Source: Octopus vulgaris
Lineage: Eukaryota
Reading direction: 5' to 3'
Assembly (NCBI GenBank): GCA_951406725.2
Contig: OX597825.1
Span: forward strand, 64,232,001-64,296,000
DNA: 64,000 nt
In this document: one piece after another, positions 41,881 to 56,372 of the stretch
Layout of the letters: each line of letters starts with the position of its first letter
Numbering within the stretch: the first letter of the stretch is position 1
Program-made: the position numbers and the translations under genes
Notes under the pieces: generated by a model
Database searches by the model: none
Seen by the model: the letters and a program-made list of their open reading frames with translations, nothing else
Told to the model about the DNA's origin: nothing

Positions 41881-42919
41881 TTCGTATACAGCAAAATAAG
41901 CTGTGAGTTTTCATACAATAATAATAGTGATGATAATATTGCCGACGAGATGACCGTTATGATGATGACGATGACAATGATGATAGTATGTGTGTGTATG
42001 TGTCTACATATATATATATATATATATATATACATACACACACACATATATATATATGTATATATATACTGTGTGTGTGTGTGTGTGAGCGAGAGAGTGA
42101 GAGTGAGAAACAGAGAGATAGAGAGAGATTATGCGTGTATAGAATTTTGTTTACGCATTAATTGTTGTACAAATTAATATTTTGTAAACAAAATTGATCG
42201 ACCTACTGAAATCACGGTGTGTAATAGATTTATTGAACGAGAAATTACAAATGTTATAAATTATGAACCTCTAAATCTTAATGCAAATTGCCTTGTAAAA
42301 TTTAATTTTGTACTTCCTTCTCCGATATTAATATGTGCAAACACACTACTTATTATTTATTAGGCAATTTGTATTTCTAATGTACATTTAATAAGCCAGA
42401 AAATGAAAATATAGCGACTAAGATCTGTCACAGAACAATAAAGTCTCTTTAAGAAATCGTTATGCACCAATATAAATTGAAAATTATCTACGCAACAATG
42501 TTTATAATTATTTAACTCTTTTACATTTTGAAGATTTCTAAATATATTAAGACGTATTTGTAGAATTTAACCGCTGTACAAAAGAGTCAGAATATTAACT
42601 TCTTTGCATACCTTTCTAGAGACGTTGAGCTAAGTTTTTACGAGCATGGTAAATGATTTATATATAACCTCAAGGCTCTTTATGCTTTTTTGTGGTATTG
42701 GTTCTTTTGCAAGTAATTTACTGATGATGTAATAAGAATATATTGATGCTGTAGATGAACGTTTTTTCACAAAATGAAGATCTACAACACAGAACTTGCC
42801 AGTTTATACGAGCCTGGAATAACTAGTTGTCTGACATACTCCCTTGTAACTCATGAAAAACAATATATATGAGTCAGTCAGTCTCTCTCTTTCTCCGTCT
42901 CTACTCCTCATTCTCTCAC

Positions 42920-42995
<76 letters not shown>

Positions 42996-44819
42996 TGCAT
43001 ATCTCTCTCTATATATATATATATGTAAGTTCAGTAAAATTTAACTTCAGTTGAATATGGTATTAAGTTAAAGGCACCAGAATTTAGTATGATATTATCC
43101 ATATAATTTACAATCGAATATCCTTCTTGCTTATTTATACAAACACACACACATTATATATATATATATATGTATATGTATGTATGTATGTATCATATGC
43201 ACCCAAACACAGACACATACAAACACATATAAATATAATTTATCTTATCTTACAATTTTCAATAGCGCGCTAAAGAGCTGTAGACTCAATAAATAGAGTA
43301 GCTTAGATCAAAATCATAAAAAGTTAGATAAAATGGCATATTTCCTCGGTTTAATCAACTCTTCTCTCAAAAAGTCAAAAACAGTATTGCGAAAATATAA
43401 ACAGGCTATACTTACAGATACTTTCGATTAAATCATAGGTAGTGAAGTATATTCTAACTTCATTATTGCCCACAAGGGGATAAACATAGAGGGGATAAAC
43501 AAGGCTAGATGAAGTAGTGAAATACATTCTGTCGTAGTACAGTCAATTTCATCTTAAGTTGCAGAAAATGAACAAAATTATTTTTATGAAGAACGAACTA
43601 AATGCAAATAGGTTACAAGTTGTCCAAGCATACGATGAAATAACGTATTTTTCGCGCTATCCGGTATAAGAGCAACAAGCTTTTCCCAGAAGCTTCTATC
43701 TGAAACTGGAGAGAAGACAGTTGCTAATATTCCCTTTGTTAACGTAAAAATATGAATCGGTCAAACAGTGCCTTACTGGAGCTAAATAATTATAGCCACT
43801 TCAAGAAAGTAACTAAGAAAAATTTCGAAAGTAAGCAATGCAACCGAATTTCATTTTCCAAATACAAAAATAAGTGTAATTTCAAAATTATTATATATTC
43901 TATGTAGAATTTCAGGAAGAGAATTACCAATATTTATATATCTCCTATTATTTCTAACGGATCAAACGACCTAGAACTGTCACTATATCTGATTCAAAGA
44001 AAAGTAATCAATGAACGCTTTCTTCCGCCTAAGTTTAAACAATGAACACTTTTTTTTTTAATAAAGTGAATACTGATAAATATATCTTAAAATACTCCAA
44101 AGCATAACCATTCAGGTTTATTTGCATCAAAATGTTAGGTAAAGACACAATTAAATTGCGTTTAACATATAAAAAGAACAAAATTTATTTCATAAAATAA
44201 TAAAAGAATTAAAGATTTGAATTGTTGGAAATATTTTTTGCTCTCTATAAATAACCAGAAAACTTCAAATGACCACTAATTTTAGCGGATGAAACATACT
44301 GATAAATTTCTCTTCTCCCATGTTGCTCGAACGATTGCAACCAATTAAACTCATAATACGCTACAAAGCAACTACCTACACATATGAAAGTATGTGTGAC
44401 AAAGCCCTACCACGTTATATTCTCTTAGTGCTTCACCTTACGCATGCTCAAATGGATTCTCAAAGGAAGGTGGGATATAAGAGAATCAAATATTCGAGAC
44501 AAAGTCTATAGAATCGGTTCTTTCCAAAAAGTTCTATTTCGAATGAAAATTTAAGTTATAAAAGAATAGAATAAGCAATAAAACGAGCAGTAGTTATTTG
44601 TATTTTGTAATATATTATGCATGCTCACCACATTCACTATTCTAAATGGTAAAACCAGCAGAATATGTGACACTTTAGAGCATGTAATTTATAATTCAAA
44701 CATAATTGCAGAGTTGTTACTTTCTCATTCTCTCTCTATTTCATTCTGTGTATAAATATATAAATATATATATGAGTGTGTGTGTGTGTGCATATATATA
44801 TATATATATATATGTGTGT

Positions 44820-44850
<31 letters not shown>

Positions 44851-45231
44851 CAGACAGACAGACAGAGTTCGAGAGAAGAATGTGAGACAGAATATAAATT
44901 TACATGCTTCCGGTGGCCACATCGTACACTATTTATTCTTGAGCAGAGAATCTCACGAATTTGTATGATAAATATGTGCTGCTAACTCATGTTTTACTAC
45001 AGAAATTAGTATATTCTGTTAATTTGTTCATAGTAATTTTCGTTTATGTTTACAAACTATTTTCCCTCAATATGGATATCCTTAACATACATCCCAAGGT
45101 GCCAACAAGGTGAAATCAATCAAGTGGTTTCTGTTCTATTCAGCAGTTAATCAATTGTTTTAAAGAGAAAATCTGTCACAACTAATATTTTTATTATTTA
45201 CAGCGAGTGCTAAGAGTTTTCTATAGTAAAT

Positions 45232-45398
45232 AGACCAGCGTTGTGTGTGTTTATTGAGCGAAAACACCTAAAAGCTCCACGAGGCTCCGGCAGGGGATGG
45301 TGGTGATCCCTGCTGTACTCTTTCACCACTCTAAAGGCGGTGCTCCAGCATGGCCGCAGTCAAATGACTGAAGCAAGTACAAAAAAAAAAAAAAAAAA
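45232..45398 (+). mobile_element. chimeric SINE: family A core + family B tail + poly(A)
   Basis: ..GTACTCTTTCACCACT|CTAAAGGCGGTGCTCCAGCATGGCCGCAGTCAAATGACTGAAG, then A18. Confidence 0.85.
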
Positions 45399-45518
45399 TT
45401 GTAGACAGTTAAGCATAACTTGGGCTAAATGATTTTATGCCGCCAAACTGAGAAAATATATACATACATGTACACACTCTACATACATAAAAGCAAATAC
45501 TCATGCATATATGCATAT

Positions 45519-45566
<48 letters not shown>

Positions 45567-45639
45567 ATCATCTGTATATATATATATATATATATATACA
45601 ATATATGCATCATATAAACAACATATATATAATACATAC

Positions 45640-45670
<31 letters not shown>

Positions 45671-46692
45671 CATATATATATACATATATATACATATATA
45701 TATATATATATAATAACAATAAGTATATACACAACATGCGTGTGCGTATATGTACATGCATGTGTATGTGTGTCTGTCTGTGTGTATCTGTGTGTTTATC
45801 TGAGTGTGTATTATAAAGTGATTCCATTTTTAAAGTCCCATCTTTTATTTCTGAATTAACTCCTCGTATAATCTGCTTTGGCTTTAGACATAAGCCGTCA
45901 CCTACTTAACACCAACACGACACACGTTATTTACAATATCTTTGTCTTAACTAAGAATTCAAACTCTACTTTCTTGCTAACATTCTGACCAAGAATACGT
46001 TTCTCCTTCCAGCAGTCTTGGAGATTAATAAAGGATCACAGACATTACGTTCCTTCTAAGAGATAACACTCAACAGGTGTCTATCATTTCTTTGTAGATT
46101 CGTTTCATCATTTTTCCATACTTATAGGACAATAATTCATTTACTATAAGTTAAATTGCATCGAATTGACAAATTATTTTGGAGGAAAACTATATGTTAC
46201 TCTAAATATAATGTAAAATATATTTGATTTGCTCTTTCTGAGACATACTATTTTCTTTATAATCCAGGTAAAAAATAAGTGTCAGGTCAACTATCAAATA
46301 GAATTATGAATCGGAACTTTTGCCTTCCATGCTTACATAATATTTTCTTTACATTAACTAAAGGATATAAGCATATTATTTATGAGATGTCAATGACAAA
46401 AAAAATGCTGATATCTATTTTGAATTCATATAGATGATGCATATTTCTTTGCAATATATTTTCGATCATGTAAAATCAAATTATATTTTATAATTAATTA
46501 TACATATAATCTCTGGTTATGTTACGAAATGTCCATTGAAAATTAATTATTGACCGGAAGAAGACTTGTATTCGTAAGCGTGGGTCCGAAGAATATTCTG
46601 AGAGCGTGAACCTTGCTTTCTAGGTTTTTCCATAATAATTTCCTTTTATTTTAGAATTAGGGTAATTTTCTTAGAAAATATATCCATATATA

Positions 46693-46860
46693 GGCACAGG
46701 AGTGGCTGTGTGGTAAGTAGCTTGCTTACGAAACACATGGTTCCGGGTTCATCCCACTGCGTGGTAACTTGGGCAAGTGTCTTCTACTATAGCCTCGGGC
46801 CGACCAAAGCTTTGTGAGTGGATTTGGCAGACGGAAACTGAAAGAAGCCCGTCGTATATA

Positions 46861-46948
<88 letters not shown>

Positions 46949-46980
46949 ATGTGTTTGTGCTTGTTCCCCCAGCATCGCTT
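46693..46980 (+). mobile_element. SINE family B, 3'-truncated
   Basis: GGCACAGGAGTGGCTGTGTGGTAAG head and core as at 23526. Confidence 0.9.
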
Positions 46981-48431
46981 GTAAGCGGTCATACCTAACA
47001 AATATCTAACATTTTTGTTGAGTTCAATTTACTAGTCGAAAACAAAATGAGTCGAAAATTTATACAGAATGTGAGAAAACTAAATCTTGTATATATTGCT
47101 GCTGTATGTGTTATTGTTGTTGTTTTACTCCACCACAATTGAGTCAGGGCTGAAGATGCTAACTTCAAATTTAAGTCATTTTTTTCTATGACCATCCTGT
47201 CTTTCTTATCACGATACTCAATTTACTTGTCACCTACGATATTTGAGATAGTAGGGCGTGGTATGTAGGATGTTTGATTGCTTTTTCCAGTAGTTAGAGT
47301 GATCATATATAGTTGCTCACTCTTTGGTTGCATCTATGTAGTTAAAGATTTAAGTTGGGGACGATACTACATTCATGATAATTTTAGCAATATTCGGTTG
47401 CAAGTCAATAAGATTAGCTACACACATTTGAAAATATTGCACATATTTTAATAATGAATATATTGAAGAGACACGTTTTAGCGGGAATTGTGTTTATTAA
47501 TAGAGAAAGAATGCATAATAATACACACATGTAAAAGTAACGAAGGAAAATGCTGAGAAGACCTGCATTCATCTCATTTTACAGCGTAAATGAGTACGAT
47601 AAGTATATATGCATAGGAAATAGACGCATTAAGAACAGCTGTTTGCGTTTCTTAAGTGAGCACACACGAGGAAATGAATAAGATATTAGTAAGGATTACA
47701 CATATGAATGGAGAATCTATACCTTCCTAATGAATGAATATGCAAGGTAGGGAATGTGACTGCTAATAAGGACATCAAGTACCATTATCAACCGACCAAC
47801 ACTGTATCGTTTTTCATACATCATTTATCAGTCACCGCATTAGAGATAGTACTGTATGTTAGTAAACGTGTATTGGAATTCACATCTTCATAAGTTATGC
47901 GCATGCATAAAACTTCTACGAAGAAAATTAAATTTGTTGCTCTCAAATACACGCATACAGACACGTGTTTACATGTGCGCATGCTCGGTTGTGTATGTCG
48001 ATGCAGACGTTAGCGAGGAAGAGTGAATATTGTCGTTTGACCTGATTTCAAACATTTCCGAAACCTCATTCTACCATCGAAAGACATAAGGAGGCACTTG
48101 AATATATAATCATTGATACAGTGTGTAGTAATACCATCACTCGAATGTATTAGTTTGGAAATATTATTTGTTCGTATGTTTGTTCAATGGGATCTAGTCT
48201 GGGATTCAAATACAATGTCAGCAACAAGATATATGTGTATGCATTCATACATACACAGATAACTTGCGAGATAACCTGTATTATATATGTGATATATATA
48301 ATACAGGTTTTATTGAAATTCAATTGTAATTAAATGTGATTAATTCCTCTGCTCATATACTAACAACAACAGTATTTCACTCAATTTCATATTCTGCCTG
48401 TTCATTGATTTACATATGAAACATAACGATG

Positions 48432-48525
<94 letters not shown>

Positions 48526-50836
48526 TGTGTGTGGATATGTGTGTATTAATAGGAAGTTTGTACGGATATAGAGTGATAAGTCAGCATGCGGCAGAAGCGA
48601 ACGTAAGCGCTAATAAATTCTTAACTTATCAATAAGGAGTTAGGGAAGGAAAATAAATCCTAATGGTAATTTTTACCACAATTGAATAAGTACGAGGTAA
48701 TTTCAGGATTTGAATAATGTGCTTGATATCTTAATTTCATAAGCCGAAGTAGTATGTAAGACACAAATTTTGGACGTATTAAACTAAAGTTCAAATAAAA
48801 CCCGAATTAGAAAGTAGAAATGTTAATTTTTAAGATGGTTTCGTGCAGCAAATTTCGAGACCCACAGTATTTAAGCCAATACGTTAATTATTTGATTCCA
48901 AAGTCAAGACAAGAAAATGTATAAGCAAGTACTGTTAAGGAGATCATTCCCCACAGCAAGGTGTGTGTTAACGGTAATTAAACGTGCAGTCAAAATGTAT
49001 TTTTGCCAAGAGCTCTGTGAAAATGAAAATCTATTGGCTTAGTATGCATCAAATATGTACATGGAAGTAATTTTCCTGAGCAATAAGTGAAGGATTAAAT
49101 ATGCTTTCAATCTTGAAACTAACAAAAAGCAAAAGGAAACTGGGGAACTGTGCTCTCTTGTAAATCAAAAGTATGTTCACGTGAAGGAAGTGGTTAGCAA
49201 AACGATTATTAACGATTCAAATAAATTATAAAATGGTGACAAATAGCCTTTTAACGATCAGCTAATTTTGCGCATCAAGTATTTCTGCATTCGATCTAGA
49301 ATTCATTCTGCTAATTAAAATGCAATGAGTTTGATGGGATGCATTAAACGTTTTAGAAATATAAAAAAACACAAAACGGGTATAGGCTTTCACCTGTCCG
49401 GTAAATGTGTAGGAAACGTATGGTGCAGAAATTTTCTGTACTATTATATCATCTGTCGGAAAATGCTGTAGTTGCTCAGGATTGATGGCATATGTCGTCA
49501 GGAAGGATGTGCAAATCAAGTGCTGGTTAGGACAGATGCGGAAATGTTCGTGGTATGTTCGTTGTAAGTACTGCACCGACTACACTGAGCAGAGTTTATG
49601 CTCGTTAGACTTCTGCTTGATGCAGAAACATCTCTTCTCCTGGTGATATGTAGAATAATGTTGGAGGTTTCTTTGATCCATTTGCAAATATGTGTTTTAG
49701 TGATGTAAAACGGTAATATAATATAATCATACTCTATTTGCCGAATAGTTCGTATACTTTTCTCCAATACTTTTAAGTATTATATTGAGTGAATGAAAAT
49801 GTGCTTTTGCAATTGTTGTAACTTATTCAATTTCGAACACGAGTATTTTAAATTACACATTTGTTTCTAATATAAATAGTTTCTTGAACATAAGTGGGTA
49901 TAATATTATCACACACACAAAAAAAAGACAATTTTCCAAGGCTTAACGTACAAAATAGTTCATTTGCTTCAACTGTCTTACGTCTTACAATAATACTTGG
50001 ATTAAGTTGGGTTTTTTTATCCTGCTATGCTCTGGAGTGTATGAAATGCACATGGTAAAAACTTTGAAAAATATATTTCAATCTTAGAATTTGCAAACAA
50101 TTTATAGCATAAAACATTCGCTATCAACTTGTTTGTGTTATCAGGGATAGGGAAGAAATGTCCGTTCATCGAAATTTGAACGAAAATTGTTAATCACTTT
50201 TTTTTTTATCTCATTCAACACACTTTATCATCTAAAGACAATGACACGTTACAATATGCTCGAATGGAAGAAAACCAGAAGCAAATCAGCGGAACGATTT
50301 ATGGGCATATATATTTTGTTGAAATACATAGTTACATATTAATGGACGTAAGAATGAAAATGTGTAGATTAACATGTTCGGATGACATTTTTGCTTGCAT
50401 TTTTCAACACATATTTTGAAAAAAAAAAATTCTAAACCATGCAGTTTGCTACAATAATCAGTATTCTGCTCAAGTATTGACTTAACTCCATCTCTGAATT
50501 CTATAGAAAAACAAAACATACAGTGATTACCCAATGGCCCAGATCTATATAAATCTCCGAGAACAATGTTGCGATACAAGGAACAAATGCATTGACAGTA
50601 TCTATGCGGGTTATTTCAATATATTATGCTCATGTTCCATCGAATCCAGCTGATCCATTTTCCTCTTTCTTGTCGATAAATACATTACAAGTAATATTGT
50701 ACTTCAATCAATCGTATGGCCGAATATTGCTTGCAAAATGAACGTTGGTGGCGAAATCATATACGTATACAGGGAGAGGTATACACACAAATATAAACAT
50801 GCAACTAATACACGAACACAATCCTTGTATACACAC

Positions 50837-50879
<43 letters not shown>

Positions 50880-51656
50880 AAATATATATATATATACATA
50901 GATATACTACACATTTATTTACATCGCATGTATAAACATAAGCATACAGTATCATACACGGGAAAACGTATCTGCATACACAAACATAGACATACACTCG
51001 CACGCACGCCCTCACACATACAAACACACACTTCTATATACATACACATACGGACATATTAATGTATAAAGCAATAAATGATATACGTAGACACTTAAAG
51101 ATGGCTCTCCAAATCAATAGCTTGTTACTACATCGCTTGAATGACTGCCAAAATGCTTTGCAGTCGGTCATCTTTCTGATGTGAGATACAAGCTTTATAT
51201 CATAAAATATTAACCATCCGATATATTGCTTTCAGTTTCCATTAATAATAAAGATATGCCGTTTACCTCCATCATAACCTATAGAAACAATGGCGCGTAA
51301 TGTTGTGTATGCGTGAATATGTGTGTACTACATATATGTGTACGGATGAACGTGTTCGTGTGTTTTTATTTGTGGTGTCATATGTAGCTAGATATACGTG
51401 ATGCAAAATTGACCATATTGTAAGATATTAAAATCCTGTTCGCGCAAACGACGAATTTTTATCTGGTTCCGCTGAAGCCACTATTTTATTACTTAATGTT
51501 ACTCCATGGTTGAGATGTCCCCCCTAAGTCGGAAGGTAAAGGTACGAAAATGGCAGCACTAAAAAGACGTGAAACAACAGATGATATATATATATATATA
51601 TATACGTAATATATGTATGTATGTATATATATATATATGTAATATATGTATATATG

Positions 51657-51695
<39 letters not shown>

Positions 51696-51817
51696 ATGTA
51701 TATAAGTATGTATGTATATATATATATATGTATATATATGCATATATGTATGTATATGTATATACATGTATATATATATATATATACACATACATATATG
51801 CATACATGCATTCATGC

Positions 51818-51915
<98 letters not shown>

Positions 51916-52579
51916 CATACATGCAAACATGCATACATGCATATATATATAGCTATTCCGTTCTGCGGCTTGGCTGTATGAATTGGTTAATAAGGAAACA
52001 AAACAAAACAATAGCGTTTCGGTCTTAAACAAGGGTAATTACCAACAGAAAAAAGAAACACAAATAGGCGAAGATATTATTAACTAACTTTGCTCTGTCA
52101 ACTTACAGACACAGACATAGAATCATGCATATGTATATTATGTACATACGCACGCATACATACACAGCTTCCAGCTCATCGTATAAGACATATTATAATA
52201 ACTCTCGTATTTGTATTACAAGAACATCCGTTTGCTATTTTCTATTTGCTCGTCTCTATTGTTTTTATCTCTTTAGCCGTTTCTATTTGCACTTCATTGA
52301 TTCCTTAATTCATTTATTGCACTTGTGTCTACGAATTTATTTCATAAACAGCAAGTTGATCTATCACCCAGTTTCATACGACCAACTGAATTTCGTTTTG
52401 CATTATTTAACTTATTGCATGGATTCGTACCAGATATCCAGACTGAGTGCGACAAATATTCACTAGTCATCGGAAGTACTTGAAAGGGGTTATTGTTAGT
52501 AACATTCTTCTTCTTATTAAAAAATCATTATAGAATATTGTAATTATATTTTCTGTAATTATATGTCAGTACCTTCATG

Positions 52580-52657
<78 letters not shown>

Positions 52658-52855
52658 CCCGGCATTCGCCATGGTAGGTCGCTAGCCACTACACACTCTT
52701 TATTTTTTCTCCTTGTTTCTTTCTGTGTTCCTTTCTGTGGAAGAGCGTAGGCTCGAAACGCTAAAGACCTTTTGGCATGCCGAGCGTTATACTAATACAT
52801 CTGCTTGTTGTCTACATCACCTGTCTTCGACTTTTGTTTTTTGTGTGAATTCCCC

Positions 52856-52923
<68 letters not shown>

Positions 52924-53062
52924 ATCTTTCTGTTGAAGAGCGTAGGCTCGAAACGTTAAAGACTTGTTTTATTTATATTTCCTGAGCGCCATACTAATAC
53001 AATTGTTCGTTTGTTTTCCACCTGCCTTCGTCTTTTGTTTATTTTCATAAAGCTTCCCGTTA
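52658..53062 (+). mobile_element. tandem pair of hammerhead-bearing short elements separated by (TA)n
   Basis: Variant hammerhead cores start at 52735 (CTGTGGA) and 52930 (CTGTTGA), 195 nt apart, each followed by the ATACTAATACA..CACCTG.CTTCG tail. Confidence 0.82.
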
Positions 53063-53078
53063 TATATATATATATACA

Positions 53079-53109
<31 letters not shown>

Positions 53110-53291
53110 GTATATGTATGTAGATATATATGTGTATATGTAGATATATATGTATATATGTATGTATGTAGATATATATATGTGTATATATATTAAATTA
53201 GAGACAAAACCACTATTAGGCAAATCATACAATGAAAAACTTAAGCCAATACATAAGATTATTATTTAATTTAAAAAAATATAAGTAATAT

Positions 53292-53360
53292 AACACTACG
53301 ATCGTTTCATGGCTGTTAATTTCTTTAAATTTTCGAGTTACAGTCATTCATCAGGTGGTT
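53292..53360 (-). ncRNA. type I hammerhead ribozyme motif with long stem II
   Basis: Minus-strand AACCAC-CTGATGA-ATGACTGT..ACAGCCAT-GAAA-CGATCG-TA-GTGTT; palindromic stem III ACGATCGT, GUA triplet. Confidence 0.8.
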
Positions 53361-53466
53361 TAAATATTTTCTCTCTAATCTAATATAATATAATATTTTA
53401 CTATAAAATTGGATTCAATCCTAAATCTGATTTTTCCCTGTAAGTTTGGATATATTCCCTAATATT

Positions 53467-53518
<52 letters not shown>

Positions 53519-53573
53519 ATTTCGTTTTGGAATTTGGTTTGCAAGATTCCTTATGTGAGTTCGTGTGCTGAAA

Positions 53574-54221
53574 CATATTTTGCTGTGTCTGGGGAGAGTC
53601 ATTCTTTTATCATGGCGCTCCGTTGGTTACGATGACTAGGGTTCCAGTTGATCTGATCAACGGAATGGCCTGGTCGTGAAATTAACGTTCAGCAATCCTC
53701 AGTCACGTGTAACCTTAACGTAGTTTTCGGCGTAGATTCAGCGGAGATTCAGTGAGACATCTTTTGAAATATAGGTACAACAAAAACAGGAAGAAAAAGG
53801 GAAAGAATGTTGTGGTGAAAGAGTACAGCAGAGTTCGACACCACCACCCGCTGCCGAGTCTTAGTGGAGCGTTAGGTGTTTTCGCTTTGTAAACACACAC
53901 AACGCTCGGTCTGGGAATCGAAACCGCGATCCTACGACCGCGAGTCTGCTGCTCTAACCACTGAGATATTACTTCTCCACCATTCTCTTATAGTGCCTTA
54001 TTATTTAGCACACTCCCCGGTAAATTTTCACTCATTTACCTATTTATTTTTCCTAAGATTTTCCTTTTGTCTTGCAACATTTTTAATAGACATTTATTGA
54101 AAAAGTTTCAAGAAGGCAACGAAAATTTAGGAAAAATAATTGAGTGGAAACTTTACCGGTGAGTGTGTTAAATAATAAAGTACTAACAGAGAATTACTCT
54201 CCCCAAACACAAGAAAATGTG
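53574..54221. mobile_element. fold-back (MITE-like) element interrupted by a SINE
   Basis: Left arm TGTGTCTGGGGAGAGTCATTCT / TAGTGCCTTATTATTTAGCACACTCCCCGGTAAA pairs with right arm TTTACCGGTGAGTGTGTTAAATAATAAAGTACTA..AGAATTACTCTCCCCAAACACA. Confidence 0.85.
53611..53980 (-). mobile_element. SINE family A (tail 1), older copy
   Basis: TSD CATTCT(T/C)TTAT at 53600-53610 and 53981-53991. Confidence 0.88.
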
Positions 54222-55241
54222 TGTGTGTGTGTGTGTGTGTGCGTCTGTGTATCAAGGACAATTAAGGCAACATATTACCATGAGAAGCTGAAATTTACCA
54301 TTATTGCCTAAATAATTACTGTGTTTCTGCTCCTGCAACAGCCGCCTCCACCGCTTTCAAGTTCACCTCCATTGCACACATAATTACCTACGTACTCCAT
54401 TGGCGTATTAAATAAAAGGTGAGTCGTATTAAATGTATTACTCGTAGATACGCAAAAAGAAAGGATGATCAAGGCTGTAAACCCTTTCTTTTGTTACACT
54501 ACACTAGTTTAAATATAGCGCGTGTGTTGGTAGTTATGATTGTAAAGTCACTTACCTTCGATGTAACCCACTTTTATTTCGTAGGACAATCATAAATCCA
54601 AGTGAATCGGCTAGATAAAATAGCAAAAACCGGAGTCCATTAAATTAAACATTTCTAGAATATGGATTTCTGTGGTTACCACTTAAGACATTTTTCGGAG
54701 CCAGAATCGTACATTTTATATCATCTTTCAATGAATTAGCCTGGTATTTATATCAGTCAATTTAAGAACGGCTTTCTCCCCACCAAGTAGATTCTATTAT
54801 ATTAACGACGATAAAATATAGTGTCATACAAGCAGAGGAACTGGATGATCACAACACGAACACATTTAAGATCTCTTTGAATAGATATAATTTGGTAGTA
54901 AAAAAATATCCAAAATAAGCATTCCTAATTATGTTATCATCATGTGAGGGAAATATATGTCTGTGTGTGAGCGTGTTGTGTGTTATATATACATGAACCC
55001 ATATAAGGCCGATATTAACGCCTGCGTCTTCTTATTTTGTTTTACGCGGTAGCAACAAGTTCAACGGGAAACGATCATATGATATATAGCGCCATTCATT
55101 GTACACTTTTGGACTGCAAGAACTTATCTTTCCTCGCGACCAGAAAGATATATTTATATGACATCATCCTACTTATTAGAAATGGCTTCCAAATTTATTC
55201 AAACTACATTGGACCCCTAAGATTCATATACTGATGTAAGA

Positions 55242-55303
<62 letters not shown>

Positions 55304-55340
55304 AAAAAAGGAGATGTCGAACACGAGTGGTGATATATAA

Positions 55341-55533
55341 AAAAGGAAATGAAGAAAATGCTGACAAATAATTGAAGTAATTTAAGTAATTTAATTACGT
55401 GAAAGTTCTTTTTACCGGTTGCGCATTTGTTATGCTTATCAAAAGCATAACAAATGCGCAACCGTAAAAAGAACTTTCACCTAATTAAATTACTTAAATT
55501 ACTTCAATTATTTGTCAGTATTTTCTTCATTTC

Positions 55534-55538
<5 letters not shown>
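55341..55538. repeat. near-perfect palindrome with ~97-bp arms and 5-nt loop
   Basis: 55341-55437 is the reverse complement of 55443-55538 with about 3 differences; loop ATCAA. Confidence 0.97.
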
Positions 55539-55575
<37 letters not shown>

Positions 55576-55816
55576 GTGTTCTGTTTTTTTCGTTGTTAAA
55601 AAAAGTTCGTTCCCTTGTTTTTATGTTTTCGTTTCTCGTTGAGTTCTACGTCTATTTGTGGTGTCCTGTACTCACATATATATATTTATATATGCATGTA
55701 TATATAAATGTAGATGTAGGTACGTACATATATGCATGTATGTATGCATATATTTTATTTATTACATTATTGTATGACTGAGCGCCCTCGATTCTTTCCT
55801 TTCTCCCAGTATGTTT

Positions 55817-55853
<37 letters not shown>

Positions 55854-56074
55854 GCGCGCTTATATTTATATATATATATATATCGCCTCCCCCACCTCCC
55901 AACACCATCACAACACACCACCACGCACACACCACCACTCACCAAGTCAAGATCACAAGCCCTCTTTCACACGCACATACGTACTCTCTTACACACACAC
56001 GCACCTTCGTTTTGGGATCACTACTACTTTGGTATCTCCGCCACTCCTTATCTCTCCTGTGTGACCCTTCTGTC

Positions 56075-56283
56075 CGTCATTCGCCATGATAAATCGGTAG
56101 CCAATGCACACATTTTTTCTCTCCTTGTTTCTCTCCTTGTTTCTTTCTTTGTTCCTTTCTGTGGAAGAGCGTAGGCTCTAAACGTTAAAGATGTTCTTTT
56201 TCAATTCCCGAGCGTTATACTAATACATCTGTTTATTTTCTACACCACCTGCGTTCGTCTTTTGTTTCGTTCGTGAATTCTCT

Positions 56284-56290
<7 letters not shown>
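56075..56290 (+). mobile_element. short TA-embedded element with disabled variant hammerhead
   Basis: Homolog of 52658-52860; CTGTGGA-A-GAGCgtagGCTC-TAAACGTT (GAAA changed to TAAA). Confidence 0.8.

Positions 56291-56372
<82 letters not shown>

Noticed and set aside
49380-50690. Possible GIY-YIG and hAT transposase relics (also 16100-16650, 18100-18800)
   Set aside because: Only vague motif resemblance in heavily stopped frames; needs a profile search to support.
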